Shown here piece by piece: positions 47,701-58,700 of a stretch of DNA of 64,000 bases. How positions within the stretch are numbered: position 1 is the stretch's first letter; each line of letters starts with the position of its first letter. The notes under the pieces were generated by a model. It had not been told where the DNA came from. It was given only the letters and a program-made list of their open reading frames with translations, and ran no database searches. Position numbers and translations under genes: made by a program. The DNA comes from Monocercomonoides exilis PA203 (Eukaryota > Protista > Preaxostyla), in contig LSRY02000016.1 of the NCBI GenBank assembly GCA_001643675.2, positions 124,001 through 188,000 on the forward strand. The letters run 5' to 3'.

Positions 47701-49651
47701 GTTCACAGAAGAAGACAGAAACGAGGGATTCCTGTCATTTGACTCTGGGAAAGCCAGCTTCAATGGGGATCCAACACTCCAATCCTATTCTGAGGATGAA
47801 AGCTTTCCTACCAGCCAGTTCTACATGAGTGAGAAAGGGGCCAGTGACAATTCAGTCCTTCAGCAACCGCTGATGCTGCCTCCACCTCCTCCTCTTCCGC
47901 ACTCGCCCCGCAGCTGCCCACCTGCTTCTCCTATTCTTCCTCCTCAGCCACATCAAACACCCTTTTCAGACTACACCCCAGACTCTGTTCTTTGTTCACC
48001 CCAGTTTGAAAGCACCCAAAGCTCAGACAAATTCGCATATCCAATCAGTAATAATAATAATACTAGCTCATATCACAATCCTTCAATGGAAATGGCTCCT
48101 CAATGCTCAACTGCTTTATCATCCACTCAATCCAAACCTGCTCAAATTCTGTCTGACACATTGGCATGCTCCCGCGGCTGCATCGCGCGGGGCCCAGTTC
48201 TTTCGTGTGAAGTGGATGATGAGGGAAACCTGACTCCCAGAAGACGCATTTTGACGATGCAAGACGAAGCAGGTGTGTCACAGCCATCGCTGAGACAGAC
48301 AGGAAGAAAGCCTCCTTCACAGCAGCTGATCAGAGGGAGGTTTTTGGCTGCTGCAAAAGAAAAGAAAGAAGAAGGAGAAGGAGAAGGAGAAGGAGACAAA
48401 GAATGTCCAGCACTTGTGCTAAAAGGAGAAGTGGTTCCTTCAAAACTCTCTTCAGAATCATTTCTACCAAGTTTAACAGTCGCCCCTACCCATTCGCTCC
48501 ATCTTGATTCGACTATTCCTCATCAGCCACCAGCAACACCTGAGCTCGAAGAGGAGGAACTGTCATCGACCACTCAAACACATTCATTGCCTCATACTGA
48601 CTCTGCCCCATTTCCATCTCCTTCTACTCCTCCTTCTTCCTCTCCACGTTCTTTTGCTGTTAACGCTTTTTCTCCTGCTTCTGTTTCAGAGAAGCATCAA
48701 AATACTTCCTCTTCGCCTTCAAATGACAATTCAGATTCAATTTCTGTCTCTTCTCAAAATCAATGTTCTTCTTCAAGTTCTCCATCAACTTCTCCTTCGG
48801 ATGCCTCTCAAACTGATTGTCAGGTTGCACAAGACTCCACTTCATCACCCAACATTTCATCTCTTTCTTCATCTCATCCATCATCTCCAAAAGACGACTC
48901 CCAAATAAGTTCATCTGAAGGCAAAGATGCAAACAGCACTTCAGATAGCCAATTGCAGTCTTCACCTTCACTTTCACCTTCATCTTCTCCTTCTCCTTCT
49001 CCTCCTGCTGCTGCACAGCTGTCAAAGACATTGTCACATCCGAGTCTCCGGTCGCCAAATAAATCAAATTCTTCCTCCAATTTGAGGCATCTGAGCAACA
49101 CTCTGGATGATGCGCCATCTGCTCGTAAGCAACACAATCTGAGCAAAACAGCCACACAGCCAACGATGCAGATGGCGAGCGGGCATCCTCTCATTGGAGA
49201 CAAGTCTGTTGGGCTGCGCCCTTTGATTGAGTTCGAAGGCGAGGCACGACAAGATCTTCGGCAGCGGCACACCGCCAACCGCCTTTCAAGAAGCCAGAGC
49301 GAGAATGTGTTTTCAGACCTGACGACAAGCATCCGTGTGAAAGGGCAGCCCAAAATATACACTCCTTCTTTCCCCACTTCTGCAGAAGACTATCACCAAT
49401 GCACAAAATCTGCAACAAATTCGTCCTTAGCGGCAGTTCAGTCTCCAAGACGCTTCTCTGTTAAGCAGCTGACAGATACAACTGACAGAGCAGATGATAA
49501 TGCAGCAACGAGCTCAACTTCTTCATTGGCTTTTTTGTGCTTATCGGGAAAGCCACTTTCCTCTCCAAATGGAGAATCGTCTGCTCAATCTGTGGTTGAA
49601 AGGAATTCTGATCGTCCTCTTCCTCGTTTTCAAAAAGAAAATTTGGCTTAA
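44768..49651 (+). CDS. ZSWIM2: ZSWIM2/MEX-like E3 ubiquitin ligase (SWIM, RING, ZZ, RING-H2) with long disordered tail
   Basis: SWIM CSC...LCVHI; RING CAICQEE...CRFGCGNSVH..C...CPFC; ZZ CSEC..PIVG.KLRCMICSDYNLCVEC; LQQREITPEDYALLLQLD; RING-H2 CAVC...CGHLFHAGC...CPID. Confidence 0.85.
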   Translation: MSRETPWVNKSDESTDALLQLASHSGLLVIQNVGPLSFVIRDANGRKNKVSLGGVNICSCQKRRGDLCVHIAFVVTRVFRIPTTNPLAWQRGYIDRELTQLLKGSVISQQQEMIHHRRSSSPASHSSSSSSSSNKERPVVEQRAIGPDSICAICQEEMNIKQPLSYCRFGCGNSVHTRCLGFWAQHNKSIGNTINCPFCRAEWGPIETAAPPRSTCPFVHSRSSCSECRMSPIVGPKLRCMICSDYNLCVECYRRGAHSRHSFQCYDTNSCMPRLLSGSALGGRTRIDGLSPSEISELQQREITPEDYALLLQLDEVHTQARKFPLSLRLITLLLDASSSSEQSQSIGTCAVCHNELYPAEGETDPSKRIRSLACGHLFHAGCIDKQLLLSDLCPIDNMPAIDYASLVDVEDAVKEKIMAARKSKPHSHPSSPHLSTKDSPSSSSSSSSFSSSSAEQHIGHLKSGHLRDEHLTKMESGIPNLMLDGISIEAHHSKNGSSDMTSSSSISQLSSPTATSLSASPQPHSQSSDQLDLNLFASTPHSTHIDPFIPPPLRLPSRSRSQSRHSHQPQQLQPQKPGSLGRVARGRSLISPFRSASASREKSASPGTFSSAQRFTPVAREDVSSLVLAPFQQPDLHIGQSSGADTQTRNLSSNRYDRTRQLQNEYHATSERRPKQNPHTPPSMQTRTALLFEVMGRRLDGGAEQAAPTSQRRTPQSEQTRAALHTQRAMKMRQANPTRHSSQSGTPPSIVAERILPLLQPIVTAQAPTFTRTTDTAGGSFPSSFPSSSASMQLLQQNLMLSSPSGFALSPENSFSSGEMQTDSANITSIQLDPIADDEDHHLESGSSTSRPSSQEYHLLSAARINRSADQKPGGTLYRGHVGLSAHSSSSSSSSLNVLESDYENALADERSNYYANGGGEVNNESHSQQFQRTSSFDKSAMQPSVIIGSAKSRSRRGSDSLAAAGPFYSAANATREFTEEDRNEGFLSFDSGKASFNGDPTLQSYSEDESFPTSQFYMSEKGASDNSVLQQPLMLPPPPPLPHSPRSCPPASPILPPQPHQTPFSDYTPDSVLCSPQFESTQSSDKFAYPISNNNNTSSYHNPSMEMAPQCSTALSSTQSKPAQILSDTLACSRGCIARGPVLSCEVDDEGNLTPRRRILTMQDEAGVSQPSLRQTGRKPPSQQLIRGRFLAAAKEKKEEGEGEGEGDKECPALVLKGEVVPSKLSSESFLPSLTVAPTHSLHLDSTIPHQPPATPELEEEELSSTTQTHSLPHTDSAPFPSPSTPPSSSPRSFAVNAFSPASVSEKHQNTSSSPSNDNSDSISVSSQNQCSSSSSPSTSPSDASQTDCQVAQDSTSSPNISSLSSSHPSSPKDDSQISSSEGKDANSTSDSQLQSSPSLSPSSSPSPSPPAAAQLSKTLSHPSLRSPNKSNSSSNLRHLSNTLDDAPSARKQHNLSKTATQPTMQMASGHPLIGDKSVGLRPLIEFEGEARQDLRQRHTANRLSRSQSENVFSDLTTSIRVKGQPKIYTPSFPTSAEDYHQCTKSATNSSLAAVQSPRRFSVKQLTDTTDRADDNAATSSTSSLAFLCLSGKPLSSPNGESSAQSVVERNSDRPLPRFQKENLA

Positions 49652-50265
49652 ATAATTTTTAATTTACATATAAATAAAATGATTTATTCACTGGGCTTTT
49701 ATGATTGCTTGTGATTTCAATTATGCAAAAAATCCACTAATCTTTCAAATCAGTTTAAACCTAAGTGTTTTCAATGCATTGATATCGAGCATTAGTTTCA
49801 CAATATCCGCATTTTGTGGATATCTTTTTATTGTATTTTGTTCAGGTGAAAATATTCTTTTGTTGTTATTTCAAAATTAGAAAATTTTTTGAAAATTTCA
49901 GAATTTTATTATTACAATGAATTTTGCATTTTAAGTTATTAACAGATGGATTTCAAATAAAAATTTGCTGTACAAATTATTTTTTTTCATTTTTTTAAAT
50001 GAGTTTTCCAAAATGAAGTAATCAGAGACTTTTATGATGAAAGATTTTTTTTTTTTTTTTTCATCAAAAATTTTTGCTTTTAACTTTCCAAAAATTTTGT
50101 TTAACTTTCATAAATTATCAATCAGATTATTTCAGTCAACGCAAAATCAATGAAGATAGGCATTTTTTATTTTTTTGATGTTTTGCATCCCGAAATAAAT
50201 AAAAAACTTGTTCTCCACTTTAATTATTCGTTGATATTAACAATTTTATTTCATGGAAAATGCAT

Positions 50266-50659
50266 ATATTGCATTAAATACCGGACATCGCACAAAATAC
50301 AGGACAAGATCGATTTCTCAATAACTGCAAGAGGAATAATTCTGACAATTTTCCTCAAAATATATCTCATCAATGAAAACTCATTTGATATTGAAAAACT
50401 TTCAAAAATGCTTCATTTGTGCTCAGAAAAAAGTTATTTTTAAAATCTCGAAGAAATAGGATTTTGAGTTTCTCAGAGATTTTAAAAATAACTTTTTTCT
50501 GAGCACAAATGAAGCATTTTTGAAAGTTTTTCAATATCAAATGAGTTTTCATTGATGAGATATATTTTGAGGAAAATTGTCAGAATTATTCCTCTTGCAG
50601 TTATTGAGAAATCGATCTTGTCCTGTATTTTGTGCGATGTCCGGCATTTTATGCAATAT
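50266..50659. mobile_element. Foldback element family A with perfect 169-bp inverted arms
   Basis: 50281-50449 is the exact reverse complement of 50476-50644. The 26-nt spacer contains loop taggattttgag. Imperfect pairing extends to 50266/50659. Confidence 0.9.
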
Positions 50660-50988
50660 CTGTGCGAATTTTCATCAAATTTCTGTGCTTACTAATAAAA
50701 CGTCACTGAAATGGAAGCAAAACGAAAACAACGTTGTTATTTCCGTTATCGTGAAGTTACTTGAGTGGGAACAAAAAATTAATAAAAATGCGAAGTTTTT
50801 GTTTTATTTGAAATTCAAGCAAAAGGAAGTTTAAAAAAAAAATCAGTCAATTGTTTATTTTTCGAACCTTTTTGTATTGCTCTATATAAAATTTATATGA
50901 ACAAACTATAAAAAAAATTATTATTGTCTTTTTTTTTTGATTCTCTTTATTAAGGACACACCAGCACTTTCCATTTTTAACATACGTG

Positions 50989-51255
50989 GGGGAAAATATG
51001 GACTTTCAAGCTTTTTTTGCCCAAGGCATTGAAAAATTGCTTTTCTCATAACTTTATTTCACTTTCTCGGATTACAAAATAAATTTGATTTTCATATCTG
51101 CAAACAGGCATTGTTGAAATCAAAACACAATGTTTTGTGACATTGCTCGTATTTCATAAAATGAACCCATTTTTATTATGTTTTTTGATCTCAAAAAGTC
51201 AATGAAAAGTGCATAATTTTTCAATGAAAATGCCTGAAGTGAAGTATTTTGCCCC
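50989..51255 (+). mobile_element. Dispersed repeat family C (267 bp)
   Basis: Termini ggggaaaata / tattttgcccc. Homologous to 6024-6290 and 6607-6874. Confidence 0.75.
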
Positions 51256-51442
51256 TTGTGAAAAAAAAAAAAAAAAAGAAAAAATTTAAATTGAATATAT
51301 TTCATTTATTCTTTTTCACATTAAAAATTAAGAATTATGTCCACCAATTGAATTTGAATCCGAAATAACAATTAAAAAGAAAAAAATTCAACAATAAATA
51401 TAAACTATATAACCGAAGATGTAAATCAGGTTTTCCGCATTA

Positions 51443-51515
51443 GGGGTGTTAGCTCAATTGGTAGATCGCTCGCTTCGCATGCGAGAGGCAGCGGGATCGA
51501 AGCCCGCACACTCCA
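51443..51515 (+). tRNA. tRNA-Ala (anticodon CGC)
   Basis: Cloverleaf: acceptor GGGGTGT/ACACTCC with the G3:U70 Ala determinant; anticodon stem CTCGC/GCGAG with loop TT-CGC-AT; T stem GCGGG/CCCGC with loop ATCGAAG; discriminator A. Confidence 0.95.
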
Positions 51516-51518
51516 AGC

Positions 51519-51529
51519 TTTTTCTTTTT
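51519..51529 (+). terminator. Pol III oligo-T terminator of tRNA-Ala
   Basis: tttttcttttt begins 4 nt after the tRNA 3' end. Confidence 0.65.
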
Positions 51530-52256
51530 GTAATTTGTTCTTTTAATGATAATCATCTCTTTTTTCGTCGAACATAAAAATATTTTTTTGCTGAGCTGTT
51601 AATAAAAGTTATAATATATTGTTAGCTATTTCTCTATGTTTTTAGACAATTCATTCCTTTCATTAATTAAAAAGTATTAATTATTATTGTCACATAAGTC
51701 TTTGTTTTTAATTGTAATATTGATGAAATGAGAAATTCATATTAAATAAAAACTGAAGAAAAAATATTAATATAGTTTAATAAAAGAACATTAATATGAA
51801 AACACTAAAATGAAAACAATTATTTCTTGGAAAAAATGAAAGAAATTTCAGTAGGAAGACAGCAGATAGCACAGGTATCTTCATGTTGATTCTGGCACTT
51901 TGTGCATTCATCACAATTTCTTTTTCACAACACAAAAAACATCAAATTTTTATCATACATTTATTTCTTTCCGCTCAAGAAGATCTGTTGTAAATTTTGT
52001 TGCATCAAAAAGCTCTTTGTCTTTTTTGAAATACAAATATAGAAATTATTTGATTTTAAATGTTTAAAATCAATATATTCCTTCACAACATCCAATGATC
52101 ATTTTATCCCATAGTTTCATCGTGTTCATTATGATTTATGGGATTATTTCTTTGATGAAGGAGATGTAAATAAAAAAAAAATTTTTTTTTTAAAAAGTGT
52201 GTTTTGATTATGTTATAAACATAAAAATAATTCTTAAAACATTATATTTTTCAATT

Positions 52257-54329
52257 CTAAATACTCTCAGAAACAATAGAATTTTTGCTTTGTCTATAAA
52301 GAATGCCAAGTTCTTTCATCATTTCTTTTCCAGATAACCCAGGATGCTTGGTCTTAAAATCTTCTCTATTGCGTTTCACAAATTCCATGAAAGGATTTAA
52401 CTTTTGATTCCTTACATTTTCTTCATTCTCGGTTTGATTTTTGCTGTTTTCATCATTTTCCATATGAGTTGAGGATTTTGCTTTTTCCTTCTTTTGAGTG
52501 GGAATAAAAACCAATTTCCCCGAACATACTCCGCAACGAACCTTTTCAACATCAATCGATTTAGAATGGCGCCTGTACATTTGTCCGCAAATTTCACACT
52601 TCCATTGATATTTGTATTGTATTTCATAATGGTGATATGTGCTCACTTCCACGCCAATTCGACTTTTTGTTCTTCTCCCCCATTTTCTAAAGGTTTGCCC
52701 ATGATGCCTCGTGTCGTGCTCTTTGTCAATGAAGCTTTTAGCTAAATGACACATCTCGTGTGCCATTGTAGAGACAAGACTATCAAAGTTCGTTATAACT
52801 TTTGTAGACAATGCAATTCTTGCGGATTCTGGAATTTCAATAACTTCTTCAAGGCTTTGCATTGAATTTTCTGTTGAAGCAGCACAAGAACTTTCACATT
52901 CGCTTTTTTTCTCGCTGATTTTTTTAATTTTCTTCCATGTTGTAAAGGCTGTTCCAGCTGTTGTTCGAAGGGTTTTAGACCATTCAATCTTCGTTTCACT
53001 TGGAAGACGATCGTCAAATACTCGCTTGTTTATGAAAGCGAAAACAGCAGCTGCCAACTCGTTTCTGTGGCGAGCAAATTGATACTCACTATACATTCGA
53101 GGCGATGAAGGGAGTTTTGATAGCATAGCAAATGCGGCTGGTGTCAGCGGAGTTGGAATATGCTTTGGCTTACGTAATGGAGTTGATTTTTTCGTTGAAG
53201 AAATTATAAAAGATTGCGAAGGCTTACCAGATTGACTTTCCATTATCTTGTTCATTGGAGTGCTGGAAATAAAAGAAGAATGTGTGGCAGAAGGCAATGA
53301 AGAAGAAGATGGTTCTAATAATGAAGAAGGCGTAGAAGAAAATGGATTGGTTCTATCTTTTGATTTAATAGAAGGCGTGACAAAAATTGGAAATTCATCA
53401 GAAAGTGTTGATATTTTGGATTCAATCGTTTTCAAAGGGGAGGAATTTTCATTTTTATGTTGAGATAAAATTTGAGGCAAATGAAAACGAGGAGGTGGAG
53501 GCGTAAGAACATTCGAAAGAAACAAGTCTCCGGACGATGTTGGTTTTAGAAGAAAAGAAGATAACATAACATCTGAAGCAGCGTCATTTTGCAAAGTTAG
53601 TGGAGGAGCAAATCTTTTTTGAGAAATGCATTTCGAATTTGGTATAATATTTCTTATTGCTGGCTGCTCTCTTTGAGGCGTCTTTTTTGGATAAAGTTCT
53701 TCTAACGATGAATCACCACTTTCATTTTCACTTTCACTATCCTCGTCGGTGAAAATATCTGGATTATTCTTCAGAAAAAATTCATAAGAATCGCTATCAT
53801 CTTCACTTTCCTCTTCAACAGATTCAAAAATTTCTTTTTCCTTATCCCTAAATCTTCTTTTTTCAGAAACGGAAGGTTGACTTATGTTCTTTATGAACGC
53901 TTCTTTTGGTTCAAAATCCATTTTTTCAGTTTCAAAAATGACATCAGAAATATCTTCATTCTCTTTTTGAGAAGAATGTTCACTATGTGTAAAATTTGTG
54001 CATTCTTTTTCATTCTTTTTATCACTTTCATCTTCGAAATCATGTAAGTCCAAAAGAGCAGGAGAATCACAAGTTTGATTCAAATAAAAGTCACCACCAT
54101 GTAAAATTTTTTCTTGAAATTCTTCTTCAGAAATAGGTTCTGGCTGGACTATATCAGTTTCGGATATAAGCATTGGCTCATCGTCATCATCGTCATCATC
54201 ATAAATAGATTCTCGAATTTCATCTTCCTTTGACTTCGCATCAACTAATAAAACAATAAAAAATGACAAAAGCAAGTCAAGGCTCACAAACAATTCATTA
54301 TCTAACAACAAACGTTTAATTGAAGACAT
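52257..54329 (-). CDS. GCNA: GCNA/ACRC-like SprT metalloprotease: acidic disordered N-terminus, SprT HExxH, zinc ribbon, HMG-box-like C-terminus
   Basis: IEWSKTLRTTAG; ARIALSTKV; TMAHEMCH; HGQTFRKW; HHYEIQYKYQWKCEICGQMYRRHSKSID...CGVC; NPFMEFVK...K..HPG HMG-like box. Probable start ATG 54329 with in-frame intron 54313-54245; alternative start at 54386. Confidence 0.85.
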   Translation of the reverse strand: MSSIKRLLLDNELFVSLDLLLSFFIVLLVDAKSKEDEIRESIYDDDDDDDEPMLISETDIVQPEPISEEEFQEKILHGGDFYLNQTCDSPALLDLHDFEDESDKKNEKECTNFTHSEHSSQKENEDISDVIFETEKMDFEPKEAFIKNISQPSVSEKRRFRDKEKEIFESVEEESEDDSDSYEFFLKNNPDIFTDEDSESENESGDSSLEELYPKKTPQREQPAIRNIIPNSKCISQKRFAPPLTLQNDAASDVMLSSFLLKPTSSGDLFLSNVLTPPPPRFHLPQILSQHKNENSSPLKTIESKISTLSDEFPIFVTPSIKSKDRTNPFSSTPSSLLEPSSSSLPSATHSSFISSTPMNKIMESQSGKPSQSFIISSTKKSTPLRKPKHIPTPLTPAAFAMLSKLPSSPRMYSEYQFARHRNELAAAVFAFINKRVFDDRLPSETKIEWSKTLRTTAGTAFTTWKKIKKISEKKSECESSCAASTENSMQSLEEVIEIPESARIALSTKVITNFDSLVSTMAHEMCHLAKSFIDKEHDTRHHGQTFRKWGRRTKSRIGVEVSTYHHYEIQYKYQWKCEICGQMYRRHSKSIDVEKVRCGVCSGKLVFIPTQKKEKAKSSTHMENDENSKNQTENEENVRNQKLNPFMEFVKRNREDFKTKHPGLSGKEMMKELGILYRQSKNSIVSESI

Positions 54330-54576
54330 CCAAGCATAGTTTTCGCATAATCGCTGCAATAAAGCTTTTGAATTCGGTGAATTCATCAATCCACAATTTT
54401 TAAAATCTGTTCATGAATAAATTATGGAAGGCTTTGTTTCTGGATCAAACTTGTAAGGGATTTTCCTCTTGGTAAAAATTTGTTTGTATTTTCTTTATAA
54501 CACAAAAATTTTGTTAAAAAGTAATGTGTTTCCATTTTATTTATTATATTACTATATATACATAAAGAACAGATAC

Positions 54577-55414
54577 ATGGGACGTGTTATTCGTTCGCAA
54601 AGGAAAGGAGGGAGCGCTTTATTCAAATCCCACGTTCACAACCGAAAAGGTTCTGCAAAATTGCGTGCTATTGATTACGCAGAAAAGCACGGATATATCA
54701 AGGGAGTTGTCAGAAGAATTATCCATGATCCAGGGCGTGGAGCACCTCTTGCAATTGTTGAGTTCCGTCACCCATATAAGTACAAGAAGAGACATGCAAC
54801 TTTCATTGCAACTGAAGGAATGTACACAGGACAATTCATTTACTGCGGAAAGAAAGGTATTTTTTGATTTTTAAGTTTATCGTTGATTAAAGATATTATT
54901 AATAATAATTTTTCTCATACCGTCAGCTGCCATCGATGTGGGAAATGTTCTTCCAGTTTCATCACTGCCAGAAGGTACAGTCATCTGCAACGTTGAATCA
55001 AAAGCTGGAGACCGTGGTGTTCTTGCTCGCTGCTCTGGAAACTCTGCAGCCGTTGTTAGCCACAACCACGAAACAGGAAAGACACGTCTTCGTCTTCCAT
55101 CAGGTTCAAAAAAGATTATTCCTTCATCATGCCGTGCAATGATCGGTATTGTTGCTGGAGGTGGTCGTAATGAGAAGCCAATCATGAAGGCTGGTGTTTG
55201 CTATCACAAATACAAGGCAAAGCGTAGAGGATGGCCAGCAGTGCGTGGTGTTGCAATGAACCCTGTCGATCACCCTCATGGTGGTGGTAACCATCAACAC
55301 ATTGGTGTGCCAACAACAGTCGCCAGAAACAGGCCAGCTGGTCAGAAGATTGGTCTTATTGCTGCCCGTAGAACAGGTCGTCGTCTGGGTCGTGTACAGG
55401 CAAAGAACGAGTAA
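54577..55414 (+). CDS. RPL8: 60S ribosomal protein L8 (uL2), exons 54577-54856 and 54927-55414
   Basis: [45 protein letters not shown] and [10 protein letters not shown] phase-1 GT-AG intron 54857-54926 restores the frame. Confidence 0.98.
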
Positions 55415-55702
55415 TTGATTTTAATCATTTATACTCGAATTTTTCCTTTGCTGTAAAATTAATAAAAATAATTTATCAAAAAAATTAGAAATATTTTTAT
55501 CCAGTTCGAAATAAAAGCATTTATAAAAAATGAAAAAGAAAAGAAAGAAAGGTCATGAAAAAACATTTCACTTGCTAAGCATTTTGCTTTCCGTTGTGCG
55601 AGTTTCAAACAAAGATAACAAATGATTGACTGAAAAATCACACCCATCATAAAAAAGAGTGCACGTTGTTTTTTTCAGTATTTGCTGGATTTCTTTTGGT
55701 GT

Positions 55703-58700
55703 ATGGATCCTACGCAGAAAAAGGCGGAACGTAGATCAGTAACACCTAATTCTACACAGAAAAATTCCGCCGTACCATTGAATACACTCGTTCCACCTCG
55801 TTCTTTGTCTCCTCCAATAAAACCCCGTGCAAAAAATTATATTGAAGGAAAATCAAAAAGTACTGTATTCTTTAAAAGAAACTTGGAAAGTACGGGAAGA
55901 TATAGTCCATTTCATCCTCCAAAGAATCTTGAAAAATCAGGAGTTATTCCAATTCGCTTTCATCCACCAACCCTAGACGTATAGAAATTTTGATTTATTT
56001 TGAGACTTTACATTTTTCATTTTCATTTTTTAATGTTTATTGATTTCAACAACAGAGAACTTACTTTGAAGCACCACCCGAAGCAAAATTCAACTTAAAA
56101 ACAATTTTGAAGCCTTTTGAGCAAGTTCAACGTCAAAGTGTTAATTTATCGCAATCTGATACGAGTCAGTTACCACTAACAACTCTTAAAGAAACAACTT
56201 CAAAGAAAACGGATAATGCATTTCTCAACCAACAATATTCTGCATATCCTGATATCTCTCATCAAGCTCCGCTTCCAAATTCAAAAAGAGCATCTTCTTC
56301 GCGAGGGAGTTATGCGTACAATAGAAGGTCATCGTGCCACGATCAAATTTCTTCAAGTTTTGGTGCATCTAGATCTTCTTCACCTGGACTTAATGCAAAT
56401 AAATTACAGAATTCATTTTCTGTATCCTCATCAACTCGACTTCCTCCGCTGGCAGACAAGTTATCTGCAACTGTTTCAGCGTCTCTTCTCTTTCCTTCTC
56501 ACCCCCATTCCAGATCTTCTTCTCCATCTCCACTTGTATCTCAAACTACATCTTCTTCTCCTTCTTCATCACGCTCCATCAGAGATCAACATGAAACGTC
56601 AAACGGTGCATCATCAGAAACAAGATACAGCAAAACAGCTCAGCTTAACAATAACCAGGCACTTGAAGCAGAAGACGAATACCAGGGAGAAGGATACCAG
56701 AGAGATCTGAAGCCCGAAAGCGACTTCATTGAAGATTCTGCATTTCGCCCACATTTTCTCCAAACAGACACGGCACAACAGTCAACGTCGCATCCTGTGA
56801 AAGATTCTTTGAAAGGAACTGCGCCAGGCTTGTCGCCAGTTCCTGGTCTTCAATTCGGAGGCTCGCCGTTCTTGCAGCTCACTCCCTTTGACGACAGGAC
56901 GCTCGCCGGATTCACACCGCGTAATGAAGAAGGGCGGGTGAAGCTGCCAGCAGAAGGCGAGTCGAAATGGCTCACTGCAGAAGGGTGGGAGTGGAGGCCG
57001 TGCACAGTTCTGCGGGCGATCGACGAGCGGAATAGACACAAAACAGCCAATGCGGAACACAAAGCAAAAGAGCTGGGAAAAAACGGAGAAAAAACTACAG
57101 ACAGAACAAATGGCACAGGCACATCAACAGAAGAAGCATTGACACAGGGGCAAATAAGCACAGGAGACAATATGTCTGGACAAGAAACCACAGCACCAAC
57201 TGCAAACAACACCAATCAATCTTCTTCAGCTTCAACCTCGACTTCTTCTTCTTCTGCTTCTGCTTCTTCTTCTTCTCTGTCTATTGATATTCCAACACCT
57301 TTGCCATCCAACTCACTAGATGTCTCTCAAAAGGCACCTTTAAAAAGCCCCAAATCAATCATCGCGCAAACAGCACAACAACTGCAAGATTCCCAACAGC
57401 AGAAGCAATCACAAGACATCAACGGAATATCCATCCCAGCTGACGAGCAGGCTTCTTCCGACCCGTTTGACCAGAACGACCTCAACGGCTTTCTCCCTTC
57501 TACCCGCACCGAATACAGCCCAACTGCGCGTTCTTCGCTGATGTCACCGAAGTCCCCCCACAGTTCAGACGAGTTTGACGGCTCTTCTGAAGCACAGACA
57601 GCTGAGCTGCATCAGCCAACATACTTTCTGATCGAGTGGCATCACATCAAAAAACGCAAAATTGTGTCTCGGCTAAACTTGAGATTTTCCTCAGACGATC
57701 CAGACATTTTCGCAGAGAGGCTGTTTCGCTCTCAACTGTACAGATACAACGCAGAGCAGCGCATTCGCCATGCTATTTCTGTCTCTCTCTTTTCAGCTAA
57801 GACGATGTCTGGCGCTGGATCGAATTCTCCTTCTGGCACTTCTGCCTCTCTTTTGGCTACTGCTTATTCTGTCTCTCCGCTCAGCCAACTGTCCTCTCTG
57901 CAAACAAACAGCCCTTCCTCTTTCTCTTCCTCAGCTGCTGCAGCCATTGCCAGCTCATCTGCAAATACCACTGGCACATCAATTCATCTGTCAGACGAGC
58001 ACGTCTTGCTGATCCTCCTTCGCAGCGGACTGCCACTTCCACACCGCTTTTTGGGAGGCATTGGATTGGATGCACTTGGAGGCCTTTCTGTTGCTGAAGG
58101 GACAATGGCTGCATACACACTGACATCAGCACCGAACTTTCTGACACAGAAAACAAAGGCTATTCAATTGAGGAAAGCATCTAAGCAAACTGGAGCAAGT
58201 CAGATGCAGCAAATTGACATTGAGAAGATCCACCAGCTGCAAAGGAAAGCGTCGCTGACACACGAAGAGGCTGCTGAGCTGGCTGCGCTGCATCCGTATC
58301 TTCCGTCGTATGTGAAGCCCAATTATTCACCTGAACTTAGCCGCATCCCCGCCGAAGTCATCAATCGGGTGGTTGGAGCACAGTGGTGGAACAGCGCAGC
58401 AACAGCTGTCTCACGAGGGGTGAAAGGGAGAGTGAAGGCACCTCGATTGCGAGTGCATTTGGAGTCGATTCTGCAGCGGTTTGGGGTGAGAGGAGAGGAG
58501 GATGGGACGAACATCGCAATCACAGGGCTTTTGCGAGAGAAGATTAATCCGAGAACAGGAATCATCAAGCATCCCTCGACAGAAGAGCAGAACACGAAGG
58601 TGGTGGATGTGAAGGAGCAGGTGGAGAAGATGAAGAAGAGGCACTTGGAGAGACAAGGATTTGCAAATGATGAGAAAGGACGAGGAGCTGATGACTCAGA

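Noticed and set aside
50150-50834. Short ORFs over the palindrome
   Set aside because: By-products of the AT-rich foldback element, with no coding signature.
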